From positions 48,742 through 112,741 of the forward strand of contig CADECX010000006.1 in assembly GCA_902825865.1 (NCBI GenBank): a DNA stretch of 64,000 nucleotides, in the 5' to 3' direction. Positions 53,242 to 63,113 of the stretch are shown here, piece after piece. The stretch's first letter is position 1. Every line of letters begins with the position of its first letter. A program made the translations under genes and the position numbers. The notes beneath the pieces were generated by a model. The model ran no database searches, was not told the origin of the DNA, and saw only the letters and a list, made by a program, of their open reading frames with translations. The DNA is from an uncultured Alphaproteobacteria bacterium. Its GTDB lineage: Bacteria; Pseudomonadota; Alphaproteobacteria; Micropepsales; Micropepsaceae.

Positions 53242-53897
53242 ACGATGCCGGCGTCGACTTCCGCCTGGGCGCACCGGCGCCATTCCTGCATTCCGGGCAA
53301 TGCCATCACCCGGTCCATATAGGCTTTCACGGCTGCGGATGTTTCCACGCCATAGGTGAGAAAGCGCGACACCACAGGCGCATACATGCAGTCGGCCACT
53401 GAAAAATTGCCGAACAGGAATTCGCCTTTATAGTCCGCAAGCGCCCCATCCCAGGCCGAGAGAATGCGCTCGATCTGCGTTTTTGTTTCGGGGCGCAGCT
53501 CGGGCATTTCCTGGCTACGGGCAAAGTCGAGCGTCAATTGATCGCGCACATCCGGAAAACCGGAATGCATCTCGCAGGCATAGGAGCGCGCGGTGGCGCG
53601 TGCCGCGGGGTCTTTCGGCCACAGGCCGGCCTCGGGATGGCGCTCCGCCACGGTCTCGCAGATCGCCAGACTGTCCCACACCGTCAGGACTGTCCCGTCT
53701 TCGTCTACCTTCAGCACCGGCACTTTGCCTGCCGGTGAGTATTTGAGAATCTGTTCGCGGGTGGTGGGGGAATCGGTCTGGCGCAGGCGGATATCAGCCA
53801 CTTCGAACGGCGCACCGGTTGCTTTCAGGGCCATATAGGGGCGCAGGCTCCAGCTCGACCAGTTGCGGGTACCGACAATCAGGGTGTAGCGGGCCAT
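53238..53897 (-). CDS. Glutathione S-transferase family protein
   Basis: The thioredoxin-like N-domain (NWSSWSLRPYMALK, GKVPVL, DSLAICE) is followed by a helical C-domain. Confidence 0.85.
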   Translation of the reverse strand: MARYTLIVGTRNWSSWSLRPYMALKATGAPFEVADIRLRQTDSPTTREQILKYSPAGKVPVLKVDEDGTVLTVWDSLAICETVAERHPEAGLWPKDPAARATARSYACEMHSGFPDVRDQLTLDFARSQEMPELRPETKTQIERILSAWDGALADYKGEFLFGNFSVADCMYAPVVSRFLTYGVETSAAVKAYMDRVMALPGMQEWRRCAQAEVDAGIV

Positions 53898-53967
53898 TGC
53901 TCGGGCATCCTTGCGATTAGCGTCCGTGATTCATAAAGTCCCTGACGCCCAACAGTAAGAGCGATTT

Positions 53968-55335
53968 ATGCATCCCAGCCTGGCGAACAGCGCCAAATCC
54001 GCCATCCCGCTGCATGCCGTACTGGCCAAGGATGCCAAGGCCTGGCTGTCGCGGCAGCGGCGCGCGGGTCCGGTGATCGCTTCCGGCTTTGCCGGAGCGG
54101 CGGGGGTATTGGCCGCGCTTCCCGACTCCAAGGGCGGTATTGCCGCCTGGGTGCTGGGCCTGGGGGAGGGCCGCGATGCTTTCGCGCTGGCCGTGGCGGC
54201 GGAAAAATTGCCCGCCGGACTGTACCGGCTGGGCGAAGTGCCGGATTTTTGCGGCGGCGCCAACGCGGCGCTGGCCTGGCTGATGGGTGGTTACAATTTC
54301 GACCGCTACAAGAAGAAAACAGAGCGCAAGGCGCGGCTGGTGATGCCAACCGGCGTAGATGGCGAGGAAATCTCACGCATCGCGGAGAATCTGTTTTTCG
54401 CCCGCGATCTGATCAATACGCCGGCCAATGATATGGGGCCCGCCGAACTGGAAAGCGCCGCGCGCGCTTTGGCCAAGACCTATGGCGCGAAAGTTTCGGT
54501 GGTGAGCGGCGCGGCGCTTAAAAAACATTATCCTTTGATCGCGGCGGTGGGCCAGGGTTCGGATCGCGCGCCGCGCCTGATCGAGCTCAATTGGGGGGCG
54601 GCCAGTGCCCCGCGCGTGACTTTGGTCGGCAAAGGCGTGTGTTTTGACAGTGGCGGTTATGATCTCAAGCCGTCCGCCGCCATGCTGACCATGAAAAAGG
54701 ATATGGGCGGGGCGGCCTGCGCCCTGGCGGCGGCGGGCATGGTCATGGGCGCTCGCCTCAATCTGCGTTTGCGGGTGTTGATCCCCTCGGTGGAAAATTC
54801 GGTGTCGGGAACGGCGATGCGGCCCGGCGATGTCTTCACCAGCCGCAAGGGCCTGACGGTGGAGATCGGCAATACCGATGCGGAAGGCCGCTTGATCCTG
54901 GCCGACGCCCTGGCCGATGCCGACGATCAGAAGCCCGAGTTGATGATCGACATCGCCACTTTGACCGGCGCCGCCCGCGCCGCCACCGGCATGGAGCTAC
55001 CGCCCTTTTTTACGGATGATGAAAAGCTTGCCGCCGATTTGACGCGTCTCGGCACGTCGGTTCAGGACCCGCTGTGGCGCCTGCCCTTGTGGCGCGGCTA
55101 TGAGGATACCTTGGGCAGCCGGGTGGCCGATCTCAACAACAATCCGGCTTATAACTATGCCGGCGCCATCACCGCCGCGCTGTTTCTGAACCGCTTTGTC
55201 GCCAAGACCAAAAGCTGGGCGCATCTGGACATTCCCGCCTGGATCGACCGCGCCAAGCCGGGCCGCCCGCTGGGCGGTGAAGCCAATGGCGCGCGCGCGA
55301 TTTATGCGCTGCTGAAGGAGCGCTATGGCCGATAA
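53968..55335 (+). CDS. M17-family leucyl aminopeptidase-like protein
   Basis: The catalytic blocks are VGKGVCFDSGGYDLKP, MKKDMGGAA and NTDAEGRLILADAL. Confidence 0.9.
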   Translation: MHPSLANSAKSAIPLHAVLAKDAKAWLSRQRRAGPVIASGFAGAAGVLAALPDSKGGIAAWVLGLGEGRDAFALAVAAEKLPAGLYRLGEVPDFCGGANAALAWLMGGYNFDRYKKKTERKARLVMPTGVDGEEISRIAENLFFARDLINTPANDMGPAELESAARALAKTYGAKVSVVSGAALKKHYPLIAAVGQGSDRAPRLIELNWGAASAPRVTLVGKGVCFDSGGYDLKPSAAMLTMKKDMGGAACALAAAGMVMGARLNLRLRVLIPSVENSVSGTAMRPGDVFTSRKGLTVEIGNTDAEGRLILADALADADDQKPELMIDIATLTGAARAATGMELPPFFTDDEKLAADLTRLGTSVQDPLWRLPLWRGYEDTLGSRVADLNNNPAYNYAGAITAALFLNRFVAKTKSWAHLDIPAWIDRAKPGRPLGGEANGARAIYALLKERYGR

Positions 55336-56143
55336 GAGAGTTAGACCGGCGCGTCCCGATTTGGCGGCGGCGCATCTTAAAGGTGTGGTGGATGCGCCCC
55401 GCTATGCCGAGGGTGAAAAATTTTCCGTCTGCATTGGCCGCGCCGGCCTGCGTGTCCGCCCCAGCGAAGATGCGGCCCAGGACAGCGAATTGCTGTTCGG
55501 CGAAATCTTCACCGTCTATGACAGCGCGCAAGGCTGGGCCTGGGGTCAGACGGCGAACGATCTTTATGTCGGCTATGTGCGCCAGGATAGTTTGACCAAG
55601 CCGTTCAAAACCGAGACGCGGGTGAGCGCCCTGATGGCGCCGGTTTTTTCCGCCGCCGATCTTAAAACCCCGGTGCGCGATCTCTTGCCGCTCAACGCCG
55701 CCGTGCCGGCCCTGGGCCATGAGGGCGATTATGTCAATGTGGGCGCAGGTTTTGTGCATCGCCGGCATCTGGGCGCGGAGCCACAAAAAGATTTTGTCGC
55801 CATTGCCGAACGTTTTATGGGCGTGCCTTACGTCTGGGGTGGCAAGACGGCGGCGGGATTGGATTGTTCCGGCCTGATCCAGACCGCCCTGCAGGCGGTG
55901 GGCAAGGCAGCGCCGCGTGACACCGATATGATGGAAAAAACTTTGGGAGATGCGGTGACCTTGCCGGATGTGCGGCGCGGAGACATTGTCTTCTGGAAAG
56001 GCCATATGGGCGTGATGCTGGATGCAACCCGCCTGCTGCACGCCAATGCTTTTCACATGGCGGTCGCGATCGAGCCTTTGGCGGAAGCCGTGGCGCGCAT
56101 CGAGAAAATCGCCGGCCCGGTGACGTCGATCAAGCGGCTTTGA
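55325..56143 (+). CDS. NlpC/P60 (C40) peptidase with N-terminal SH3-like domains, no signal peptide
   Basis: The catalytic Cys context is YVWGGKTAAGLDCSGLIQ, and the His context is GHMGVM. An 11-nt overlap links it to the M17 gene. Confidence 0.85.
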   Translation: MADKRVRPARPDLAAAHLKGVVDAPRYAEGEKFSVCIGRAGLRVRPSEDAAQDSELLFGEIFTVYDSAQGWAWGQTANDLYVGYVRQDSLTKPFKTETRVSALMAPVFSAADLKTPVRDLLPLNAAVPALGHEGDYVNVGAGFVHRRHLGAEPQKDFVAIAERFMGVPYVWGGKTAAGLDCSGLIQTALQAVGKAAPRDTDMMEKTLGDAVTLPDVRRGDIVFWKGHMGVMLDATRLLHANAFHMAVAIEPLAEAVARIEKIAGPVTSIKRL

Positions 56144-56885
56144 TCTTCGCATTGGCGCGGATTTCGCGCACCGATTTGTCCTGATGGGCGATCCACAGGA
56201 ACAGGCGGTTCAGCAGCGCCAACGGCCAGGGCATCTTGCGCGCCACATCCAGGAACAGCACCACCCGCACAGAATCGGCCTCATTGGCGGCGTCGTGCAG
56301 GAAGGTGTCGTCGAACATCACCGCCTCGCCGTCATGCCAATGATAGGTCTCGCCCTGGGCAATGGCGGCGCGGTCGCCGCTGCGCGCCTGGGCGTCCGGA
56401 TTGATGCGGATCCAGCATTTGTTGTTCCGGTTGTTGTCCGGAATCATCACGCCCAGGTGATAGCGCACAAAGCCTTTCCAATAGCCCCAATGCGCCTTGA
56501 TGTGCTGGCGCGGCTCCAGCACCGAGAAGAAGGCGGTATAGATGCCGGGGATGCCGCGAAGCAGCGCCGCGGTGTTGGGCGCCAAGGCGCAATTCGCCTC
56601 GATGAACGTGCCCGACTTGAACATGATGGTTTTCCAGGAGATCTGATGAATGCCGCTGGCGGTGTAGCTTGTCAGTTCTTCCATGCCGGGGATCTGCAGG
56701 CGCATCCGGAGCAGCTGTTCGCATTCCGCGCGGATGGCCGGGAAATTCTCCGCCAGGATGGAAAGCTCGGGATATTCGCCCAGATCGCGCTCAAAAGCCT
56801 TCAGTTTGCGAAAGGCGCCGCGCTGTTCGGCGCGAATGAATATCTCCGCCGCCCAATCTTTTATCCGGCTCGCCAGTTTCGCCAC
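56130..56885 (-). CDS. Aspartyl/asparaginyl beta-hydroxylase-family (LpxO-like) dioxygenase
   Basis: The blocks LEPRQHIKAHWGYWKGFVRYHLGV and HDGEAVMFDDTFLHDA are typical of the family. Confidence 0.8.
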   Translation of the reverse strand: MAKLASRIKDWAAEIFIRAEQRGAFRKLKAFERDLGEYPELSILAENFPAIRAECEQLLRMRLQIPGMEELTSYTASGIHQISWKTIMFKSGTFIEANCALAPNTAALLRGIPGIYTAFFSVLEPRQHIKAHWGYWKGFVRYHLGVMIPDNNRNNKCWIRINPDAQARSGDRAAIAQGETYHWHDGEAVMFDDTFLHDAANEADSVRVVLFLDVARKMPWPLALLNRLFLWIAHQDKSVREIRANAKIKAA

Positions 56886-56889
56886 GACA

Positions 56890-57840
56890 CTAGTAACCCT
56901 TATTCAGGTCCACGACATTCTTGAACGGCGCGCCGCTTTGCGCGCGCGCCACGCAATCCACCACAAAAGCCGCCGCATTGCGCGGATCGGTGATACCGGC
57001 GATATGCGGTGTCACCGTCACCTTGGGATGAGACCATAAAATATTGTCCGGCGGCAGCGGCTCGGTCTGGAAAACATCCAGCACCGCGCCGCCCAGATGG
57101 TCGCTGTCCAGCGCCGCCAGCAGATCCCGTTCGTTGCAATGACCGCCGCGCCCCACATTCATCACCCAGGCGCCTTTGGGCAGCCCCGCGAACAGTTTGG
57201 CGTCCATCAGGCCCTCGGTTTCCGGTGTCAACGGCAACATGCAGACCAGGATATCGCAGCGGGCGAGAAATTTCGGCAGTTCTTCCTTCCCCGCATAGCT
57301 GGTGACACCCGGCACGCTTTTGCGGCTGCGGCTCCAGCCTATGACCTGAAAGTCGAACATCAAAAGCCGTTCCGCCGTCACCGCGCCGATATCGCCCATG
57401 CCCAGAATGCCGATGCATACTTCGCGGGTTGGCCGCGCCAGCATGCGCTGGCGCCAGGCATGCTCTTTTTGCGCGGCATCGAAACCGCGCTGATGGCGGT
57501 GGATGATCAGGCTGTGCATGGTGACATACTGCGCCATCTCGCGCTGAAGCGTCTCATCCACGAAACGCACCACCGGCAGATGGCGGGGAAATTCCGGATC
57601 GCGCAGAAAGCCGTCGACACCGGCGCCCAGCGAGAAGATCGCTTTCAGCCGGGGCAGGGTCTTCAAGAATCCGTGCGGGGGACGAAAGCCGACGAAATAG
57701 TCGATCTGCTGCGGCGCGTAATGATCCTTGCCGTGCAGAAAGCTGTTAAAGGCGGCATGGCCGAACAGCGCCTTGCTCAGTGCGTCCCATCCCGGCGGCA
57801 ATAGGAACAAGACATGGTGCTTGCCCGACAGCCCGGTCAC
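56890..57840 (-). CDS. D-isomer-specific 2-hydroxyacid dehydrogenase (glyoxylate/hydroxypyruvate reductase A-like)
   Basis: The NAD-binding motif is IGILGMGDIGAV. The catalytic blocks are NVGRGG and VTPHIAG. Confidence 0.88.
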   Translation of the reverse strand: MTGLSGKHHVLFLLPPGWDALSKALFGHAAFNSFLHGKDHYAPQQIDYFVGFRPPHGFLKTLPRLKAIFSLGAGVDGFLRDPEFPRHLPVVRFVDETLQREMAQYVTMHSLIIHRHQRGFDAAQKEHAWRQRMLARPTREVCIGILGMGDIGAVTAERLLMFDFQVIGWSRSRKSVPGVTSYAGKEELPKFLARCDILVCMLPLTPETEGLMDAKLFAGLPKGAWVMNVGRGGHCNERDLLAALDSDHLGGAVLDVFQTEPLPPDNILWSHPKVTVTPHIAGITDPRNAAAFVVDCVARAQSGAPFKNVVDLNKGY

Positions 57841-57862
57841 GATCCGGTCCTTTTACAATCCG

Positions 57863-58528
57863 TCAATGGGGCTTGGGTGCTTCCGGCATCGGCGCACCGC
57901 TCTTGGGCGATATGGTGGCACCGGCGGCGGCCGAAGCGGCTGCGGCCGAATCCGCGGGCTTTTCCGCAGCTGCTGCGGCGGGCTTGGGCGCTGGGATCGC
58001 GGCGGGGGCGTCGGCGTTGGAGCGCAGATAGGCGATCAGATTGATGCGGTCCTTTTCGCTGCGCAGACCGGCAAAGCTCATCTTGGTCCCCGGAATGTCG
58101 ACACCAGGCGCCTTGATGAACTTGAACAATTCGTCATAGGTCCAGTTGCCCGGCTTGCCCTTCATGGCGGCGGAATAAGCGAAGGTCGCATTTGCGGCGC
58201 GCGCGCGATCGACCACGGCGAACAATTCGGGGCCGATCTTGTTGGGACCGCCCTTGGTGAAGTCGTGACACTGTTGGCATTTGACGGCGACCGTCTGGCC
58301 GGCCGCGACATCGGCGGCGGGCAGGACCGTGCCCCAATCAGGCATCACTTCCTCGACGGGAGCAGTGCTGGCCCCGGCCGACGCTTCGACCACGCCTTCG
58401 ACGACATAGCCGGGTTTTTCGGGCGTCTCGGCTTCGTAGATATGCTCGGCCACGATGCGGACGACAAAGATAAAGATCACCGTGCCCAAAACCGCACCGA
58501 TGATCTTGTTCCACTCGAAGGAATCCAT
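57863..58528 (-). CDS. Membrane-anchored class I cytochrome c (CycM-like)
   Basis: It starts at MDSFEWNKIIGAVLGTVIFIFVV (TM anchor). The haem motif is CQQCH, the Met ligand context is GTKMSF, and the tail is Ala/Pro-rich. Confidence 0.85.
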   Translation of the reverse strand: MDSFEWNKIIGAVLGTVIFIFVVRIVAEHIYEAETPEKPGYVVEGVVEASAGASTAPVEEVMPDWGTVLPAADVAAGQTVAVKCQQCHDFTKGGPNKIGPELFAVVDRARAANATFAYSAAMKGKPGNWTYDELFKFIKAPGVDIPGTKMSFAGLRSEKDRINLIAYLRSNADAPAAIPAPKPAAAAAEKPADSAAAASAAAGATISPKSGAPMPEAPKPH

Positions 58529-58732
58529 GGCACTCCCCAAAAGCCGGGCCAAAGCCGGGTAGGTCCCCGGCCGAAATACGGGGGGACATTACCCGCCGCC
58601 GCCCTCGCGTCATTGCGGCGAAGCGTCGCATAAATCCTAAGCGCCATCTGGTTTTAGCGCCAATCCCGGCCTACACAGACAGCTCCAGGAACCCGGAACC
58701 AAAAGTCCGGCGCCAGCCCCTCAAAGACAGCC

Positions 58733-59461
58733 ATGAACCCCATTCTTTTGATCCCCGCGCGCATGGCCTCGACCCGGCTTCCCGGCAAGCCGCTGGCCGA
58801 CATTGGCGGGATGCCCATGATCGTACGGGTCTGGGCCCGCGCCATGGCGGCGGGCTTGGGACCGGTGGTGGTGGCTTCGGGCGAGAGCGAGATCGTACAG
58901 GCGGTGGAAAAGGCGGGTGGCCGGGCCGTGATGACCGACCCCGACCTGCCTTCCGGTTCGGACCGTATCTGGGCCGCCTTGGAGTCCGCCGATCCGGGGC
59001 GGGCACATGACGTGGTGGTGAATCTCCAGGGCGACTTGCCGGCCTTGGATCCCGAGCAGATCAAGACGGTGGTGTCGGCCCTGGCCAAGTCCGGCGCCGA
59101 TATCGCCACACTCGCCGCCCCTATCGACAATGAAGCCGACGAAGCCAATCCGGCGGTGGTCAAAGCGGTGGTGGCCTGGGATGCGAAAGAAAGGCTGGGC
59201 CGGGCGCTCTATTTCACCCGCGCCCGGGCGCCGGCCGGCGATGGCCTGCTCTATCACCATGTCGGGATCTACGCCTACCGGCGGCAAGCCCTGGAAAGCT
59301 TTGTCGCGCTGCCGCCCTCAGCCCTGGAGCAACGCGAAAAGCTGGAGCAGCTCAGGGCGCTGGAGGCGGGCATGAGCATTGCGGTGGTGCGTGTGGACGA
59401 GGCCCCTTTGTCTGTTGATACTCCCGCCGACTTGGAAAAAGCGCGGAAGTTGTTGTCGTGA
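58733..59461 (+). CDS. kdsB: 3-deoxy-manno-octulosonate cytidylyltransferase
   Basis: The blocks IPARMASTRLPGKPLADIGGMPMIV, NLQGDLP and HVGIYAYRR are present. Confidence 0.93.
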   Translation: MNPILLIPARMASTRLPGKPLADIGGMPMIVRVWARAMAAGLGPVVVASGESEIVQAVEKAGGRAVMTDPDLPSGSDRIWAALESADPGRAHDVVVNLQGDLPALDPEQIKTVVSALAKSGADIATLAAPIDNEADEANPAVVKAVVAWDAKERLGRALYFTRARAPAGDGLLYHHVGIYAYRRQALESFVALPPSALEQREKLEQLRALEAGMSIAVVRVDEAPLSVDTPADLEKARKLLS

Positions 59462-60324
59462 GCACAGGCATCAAAGCAATCGATGAGGCCAGGCGGGTCG
59501 CCTTTCAGGGCGAGCCGGGCGCTTATGCCAATCTGGCGGCGCGCCAGGCGATTGCGCACGCCACCGCCATACCCAAGCCGACCTTCGAAGACGCTATTGA
59601 CGCGGCCAAGTCCGGCGACACCGATCTTGTGATCATTCCGGTGGAGAATTCGCTGATCGGCCGTATCGCCGACATCCACCATCTGTTGCCGCAATCCGGC
59701 CTGCATATCGTGGGTGAGCATTTCATGCCCATCCGTCATCAATTGCTGGGCCTGAAGGGCGCAAGCCTGGACGGCATCAAAAGCGTCTACAGCCAGGCGC
59801 CGGCGCTGGCGCAATGCCGCGCCCTGATCCGGTCGCGCCAGCTGGTGGCGCATCACTGGTACGACACGGCGGGTTCGGCCAAGCATGTTGCCGAACTGGG
59901 CGACAAAAGCATCGCGGCCATCGCTTCTACCCTGGCGGCGGAATTTTACGGCCTGCAAATCCTTGAAGCCGATGTCGAGGACGAGCATCACAACGCCACC
60001 CGCTTCTTGATCATGTCGCGGCGTGACGAATACGCCCCCAATCAGGGCAAGGTGGTGACCAGTCTGGTTTTTCAGGTGAAGAACGTCCCGGCCGCGCTTT
60101 ACAAGGCGCTTGGCGCATTCGCCACCAATGGCGTCAATATGACCAAGCTGGAAAGCTATCAGTTGGGCGGCTCCTTCAATGCCACCCAATTCTATGCCGA
60201 TATCCAGGGCCATCCCGAACAGCCGCATGTGGCGCACGCGCTGGAAGAACTGGCCTTCCACACCGCATCTCACACCGTCATGGGCGTGTATCCGGCTCAC
60301 CCATTTAGAGAAGATATGCCTTAG
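59458..60324 (+). CDS. pheA: Prephenate dehydratase
   Basis: GTG start overlapping the kdsB stop. The PDT domain (VAFQGEPGAYANLA, IPVENSLIGRI) is followed by an ACT domain with TRFLIM and ESYQ. Confidence 0.9.
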   Translation: MSTGIKAIDEARRVAFQGEPGAYANLAARQAIAHATAIPKPTFEDAIDAAKSGDTDLVIIPVENSLIGRIADIHHLLPQSGLHIVGEHFMPIRHQLLGLKGASLDGIKSVYSQAPALAQCRALIRSRQLVAHHWYDTAGSAKHVAELGDKSIAAIASTLAAEFYGLQILEADVEDEHHNATRFLIMSRRDEYAPNQGKVVTSLVFQVKNVPAALYKALGAFATNGVNMTKLESYQLGGSFNATQFYADIQGHPEQPHVAHALEELAFHTASHTVMGVYPAHPFREDMP

Positions 60325-61193
60325 CCCTCGACCCAATCTCTAATGAGGTGATGGGCAATGGCGATGGTGGCGGGCAGTTTCATTTCGTCTTCGATTTGAT
60401 GCGCCAGCCGGGCGCGGGCTTCGTCTTTTGTGAGCCAGCGCGCCGCTTCGATTTCATCTCCGTCTATTGTGAAATCGCGGGTCAAGGCTTGTGCATAACA
60501 ACCCAGCATCAGGGATGAGGGGAACGGCCAAGGCTGGGTGGCGTGATAGCGGACGGTGCCGACTTGAAGGTCGACTTCCTCGCGCAATTCGCGGCGCACC
60601 GCTTCTTCCATGCTTTCGCCCGGTTCGACAAAGCCGGCAAAGGCGGAAAACAATCCCGGTGGAAAGCGCAAGTTGCGCCCCACCAGACATTCCTCGCCCA
60701 AAATGGGCAGCATGATCACCACCGGATCGGTGCGGGGAAAATGCTCCGCCCCGCAAGCCGGGCATAAACGGCGATAACCGCCATCGCGCATTTGGGTCGC
60801 CGCGCCGCAATTGGGACAAAAGCCGTGGCGCTTGTGCCAATCCAGCAGCGCCTTGGCTTGGCCGGCTATGGCGGTGTCGCGCGCCGGCAGCACAAAGGCG
60901 CTGGCGCGCATCTCCTGGAAACCGCCAAAGCCCAATTGAGGTTCTTCCTCGCCCGGAAGGTCGACAGCGAACAGCGCCTGTTCGCCGTCCAGTCCAAGAA
61001 AAATGTTACAGCGCCCTCGCCACGCTTCGCGCCAAGGCAAAAAGCCCGCACGTTCCTGCATCACAAATGGGCGGTTTTGCCAAAAGGGCAAAAAAAGGCC
61101 CGTAGCGGCTTGAATTTCCAGCCAAGCATCATCGCCACGCTGCTGACTGGCGCGGTCGAGGGGATTGCCGCTGAAGGGGAGCGCCGCCGTCAA
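60321..61193 (-). CDS. nudC: NAD+ diphosphatase NudC (zinc ribbon plus Nudix)
   Basis: The zinc ribbon is CPNCGAATQMRDGGYRRLCPACGAEHFPRTDP. The Nudix box is GFVEPGESMEEAVRRELREEVDL. Confidence 0.9.
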   Translation of the reverse strand: MTAALPFSGNPLDRASQQRGDDAWLEIQAATGLFLPFWQNRPFVMQERAGFLPWREAWRGRCNIFLGLDGEQALFAVDLPGEEEPQLGFGGFQEMRASAFVLPARDTAIAGQAKALLDWHKRHGFCPNCGAATQMRDGGYRRLCPACGAEHFPRTDPVVIMLPILGEECLVGRNLRFPPGLFSAFAGFVEPGESMEEAVRRELREEVDLQVGTVRYHATQPWPFPSSLMLGCYAQALTRDFTIDGDEIEAARWLTKDEARARLAHQIEDEMKLPATIAIAHHLIRDWVEG

Positions 61194-61312
61194 CGCGTAT
61201 TTTTCCGTACCCGAAAATGTGACGAAGTCATCGGCTTTCCCGATCTGGCACAGGTTTCTTAAACACCAATTTACAGGCCCTGACTATGGTGCCGGCCCAA
61301 GAAGGAAAGCCG

Positions 61313-62878
61313 ATGTTGCGCGTCCTGGGTTGCGTCTATTACCAGCATGATTTGCGCATGCTGCTGGCGGCGGCATGCATCTGCATTTTCGCCTGTATTA
61401 CCGCGCGCGCCATGGTGCTGCGCGGCGCCGCTTCTCAAGACACCAAGACGCGCATCAGCTGGCTTTTGGGCGCGGGCGCGGTTTCGGGAGCAGGCGTCTG
61501 GGCCACCCATTTCGTCGCCATGCTGGCTTACGAGATTTCGCTGCCGATGCGCTTCGATCTGGGCTTGACCGTCCTGTCGGTGGTGATGGCCATGATCGTC
61601 TCGGCGGCCGGATTTGCCTTGTCCTTCAGCCGGGCCGGCGGGGCGGCCGGCGGCGCAGTGGTGGGACTGGCAGTCCTGACCATGCATTACACCGGCATGG
61701 CGGCCTTGCGTCTTCCCGCCGAAGCGATCTGGAACCAGCAGCTGATTGCCGCTTCGATCTTGATCGGTGTTTCGGTCGGCGGCTTGGCGGGCCATTTCGC
61801 GGCGCTGCCTTCCAGCCGTTTGAACAATGTGATCACGGTGACCTTGCGTGTGCTCGCGATATTGGGCGTGCACTTCACCGCCATGGCGGCGGTAACATTC
61901 GTCCCCGTTCCCGGCGCCGGCGGCATTACACCCCTGGCCATGTCTCCCACCACCATGGCGGTGCTGGTGACCGCCGCGGGCATGTTCATTGTCGGCCAGG
62001 CCTTGGTGATGGTGCTGGTGGATCGCCACCTGAGTCTGCGTGCCAAGGGCGAGGAACAGCGCTTGCGTGACCATATCGCCGAATTGGAAAAAACGCAGTG
62101 CGCGCTGGAAAAAACCTCCAACGATCTGACCATCGCCTTGGGGCAGGCCGCGCACGCCAGCAAAGCCAAGTCCGAATTCCTGGCGTCCATGAGCCACGAA
62201 TTGCGCACCCCGCTGAACGCGGTGATCGGCTTTTCCGACGCCATGGTGCTGGAAGTCTTCGGCCCGTTGGCCGGGCGCTACAAGAATTATGCCAGCGATA
62301 TTCGCAGCAGCGGCGCGCATCTTTTGTCATTGATCAATGACGTGCTGGACCTGACGCGGCTGGACGCAGGCCAGGCCGAATTGCGCGAAGAAGTGTTCGA
62401 CCTGGGCGAATTGGTGAGCGAATGCCTGCGCATGGTCCTGAATCAGGCCCAGAAAAGTGACATCATTCTCTCTGCCGACCTTGGCGAAGACCTGCCCGCG
62501 CTCAACGCCGACAGGCGGCGGATCAAGCAGGTGCTGGTCAACCTTTTGTCCAATGCCGTGAAATTTACCCCGAACGGCGGCCAGGTGAAGATTTCCGCCC
62601 AGCGCACCGCAGCCGGCCTTTCCCTGGCGGTAGCCGACAGCGGCATCGGTATTGCGCCAGAGGATATTCCCAAGGCCCTGGAAGTGTTCGGCCAGGTGGA
62701 TTCCTCCCTGGCGCGGAAATATGAGGGCACCGGCCTGGGCCTGCCCTTGTCCAAGCAATTGATGGAACTGCATGGCGGCAGCCTGAACCTGGAAAGCCAG
62801 GTGAATGTGGGAACCACGGTGACAGTGACCCTGCCGCGGGAACGGTTGGTGGCGCGGGATTTGGTCGCCGCCGCCTGA
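61313..62878 (+). CDS. MHYT-domain sensor histidine kinase
   Basis: It starts at MLRVLGCVYYQHD. Repeated MHYTGM / THFVAM / VHFTAM motifs lie in 6-7 TM helices. The H-box is FLASMSHELRTPLNAVIGFSD and the G-boxes are DSGIGI and GTGLGLPLSK. Confidence 0.88.
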   Translation: MLRVLGCVYYQHDLRMLLAAACICIFACITARAMVLRGAASQDTKTRISWLLGAGAVSGAGVWATHFVAMLAYEISLPMRFDLGLTVLSVVMAMIVSAAGFALSFSRAGGAAGGAVVGLAVLTMHYTGMAALRLPAEAIWNQQLIAASILIGVSVGGLAGHFAALPSSRLNNVITVTLRVLAILGVHFTAMAAVTFVPVPGAGGITPLAMSPTTMAVLVTAAGMFIVGQALVMVLVDRHLSLRAKGEEQRLRDHIAELEKTQCALEKTSNDLTIALGQAAHASKAKSEFLASMSHELRTPLNAVIGFSDAMVLEVFGPLAGRYKNYASDIRSSGAHLLSLINDVLDLTRLDAGQAELREEVFDLGELVSECLRMVLNQAQKSDIILSADLGEDLPALNADRRRIKQVLVNLLSNAVKFTPNGGQVKISAQRTAAGLSLAVADSGIGIAPEDIPKALEVFGQVDSSLARKYEGTGLGLPLSKQLMELHGGSLNLESQVNVGTTVTVTLPRERLVARDLVAAA

Positions 62879-62929
62879 ATTGCGGATGGGGGAACCGGAC
62901 TCGCATTTTCCGGCCAAAATCCCTATATC

Positions 62930-63030
62930 CCCACCCGGAAGTCCGCTGGACGAGCCGCTCGCCAACCCGGTCAGGTCGGGAACGAAGCAGCCGTAACGAA
63001 TCCGGCACGGGTCGGCGGGCTTCCACTTTA
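62930..63030 (+). ncRNA. ffs: Signal recognition particle RNA (4.5S/ffs)
   Basis: The domain IV motif CCAACCCGGTCAGGTCGGGAACGAAGCAGCCGTAAC, with a GGAA tetraloop, matches the bacterial SRP RNA core. The closing helix is GGAAGTCCGC ... GCGGGCTTCC (62937..63024). It lies upstream of dnaX, as is common. The exact ends are uncertain. Confidence 0.75.
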
Positions 63031-63113
63031 CCCACAACACAATCCCGACCGTAGGCTGGATTTTGATGGCCGCTCCGGCTCGCGCGGACGGTCTTGCTTG
63101 CTATAGTCCGCCC

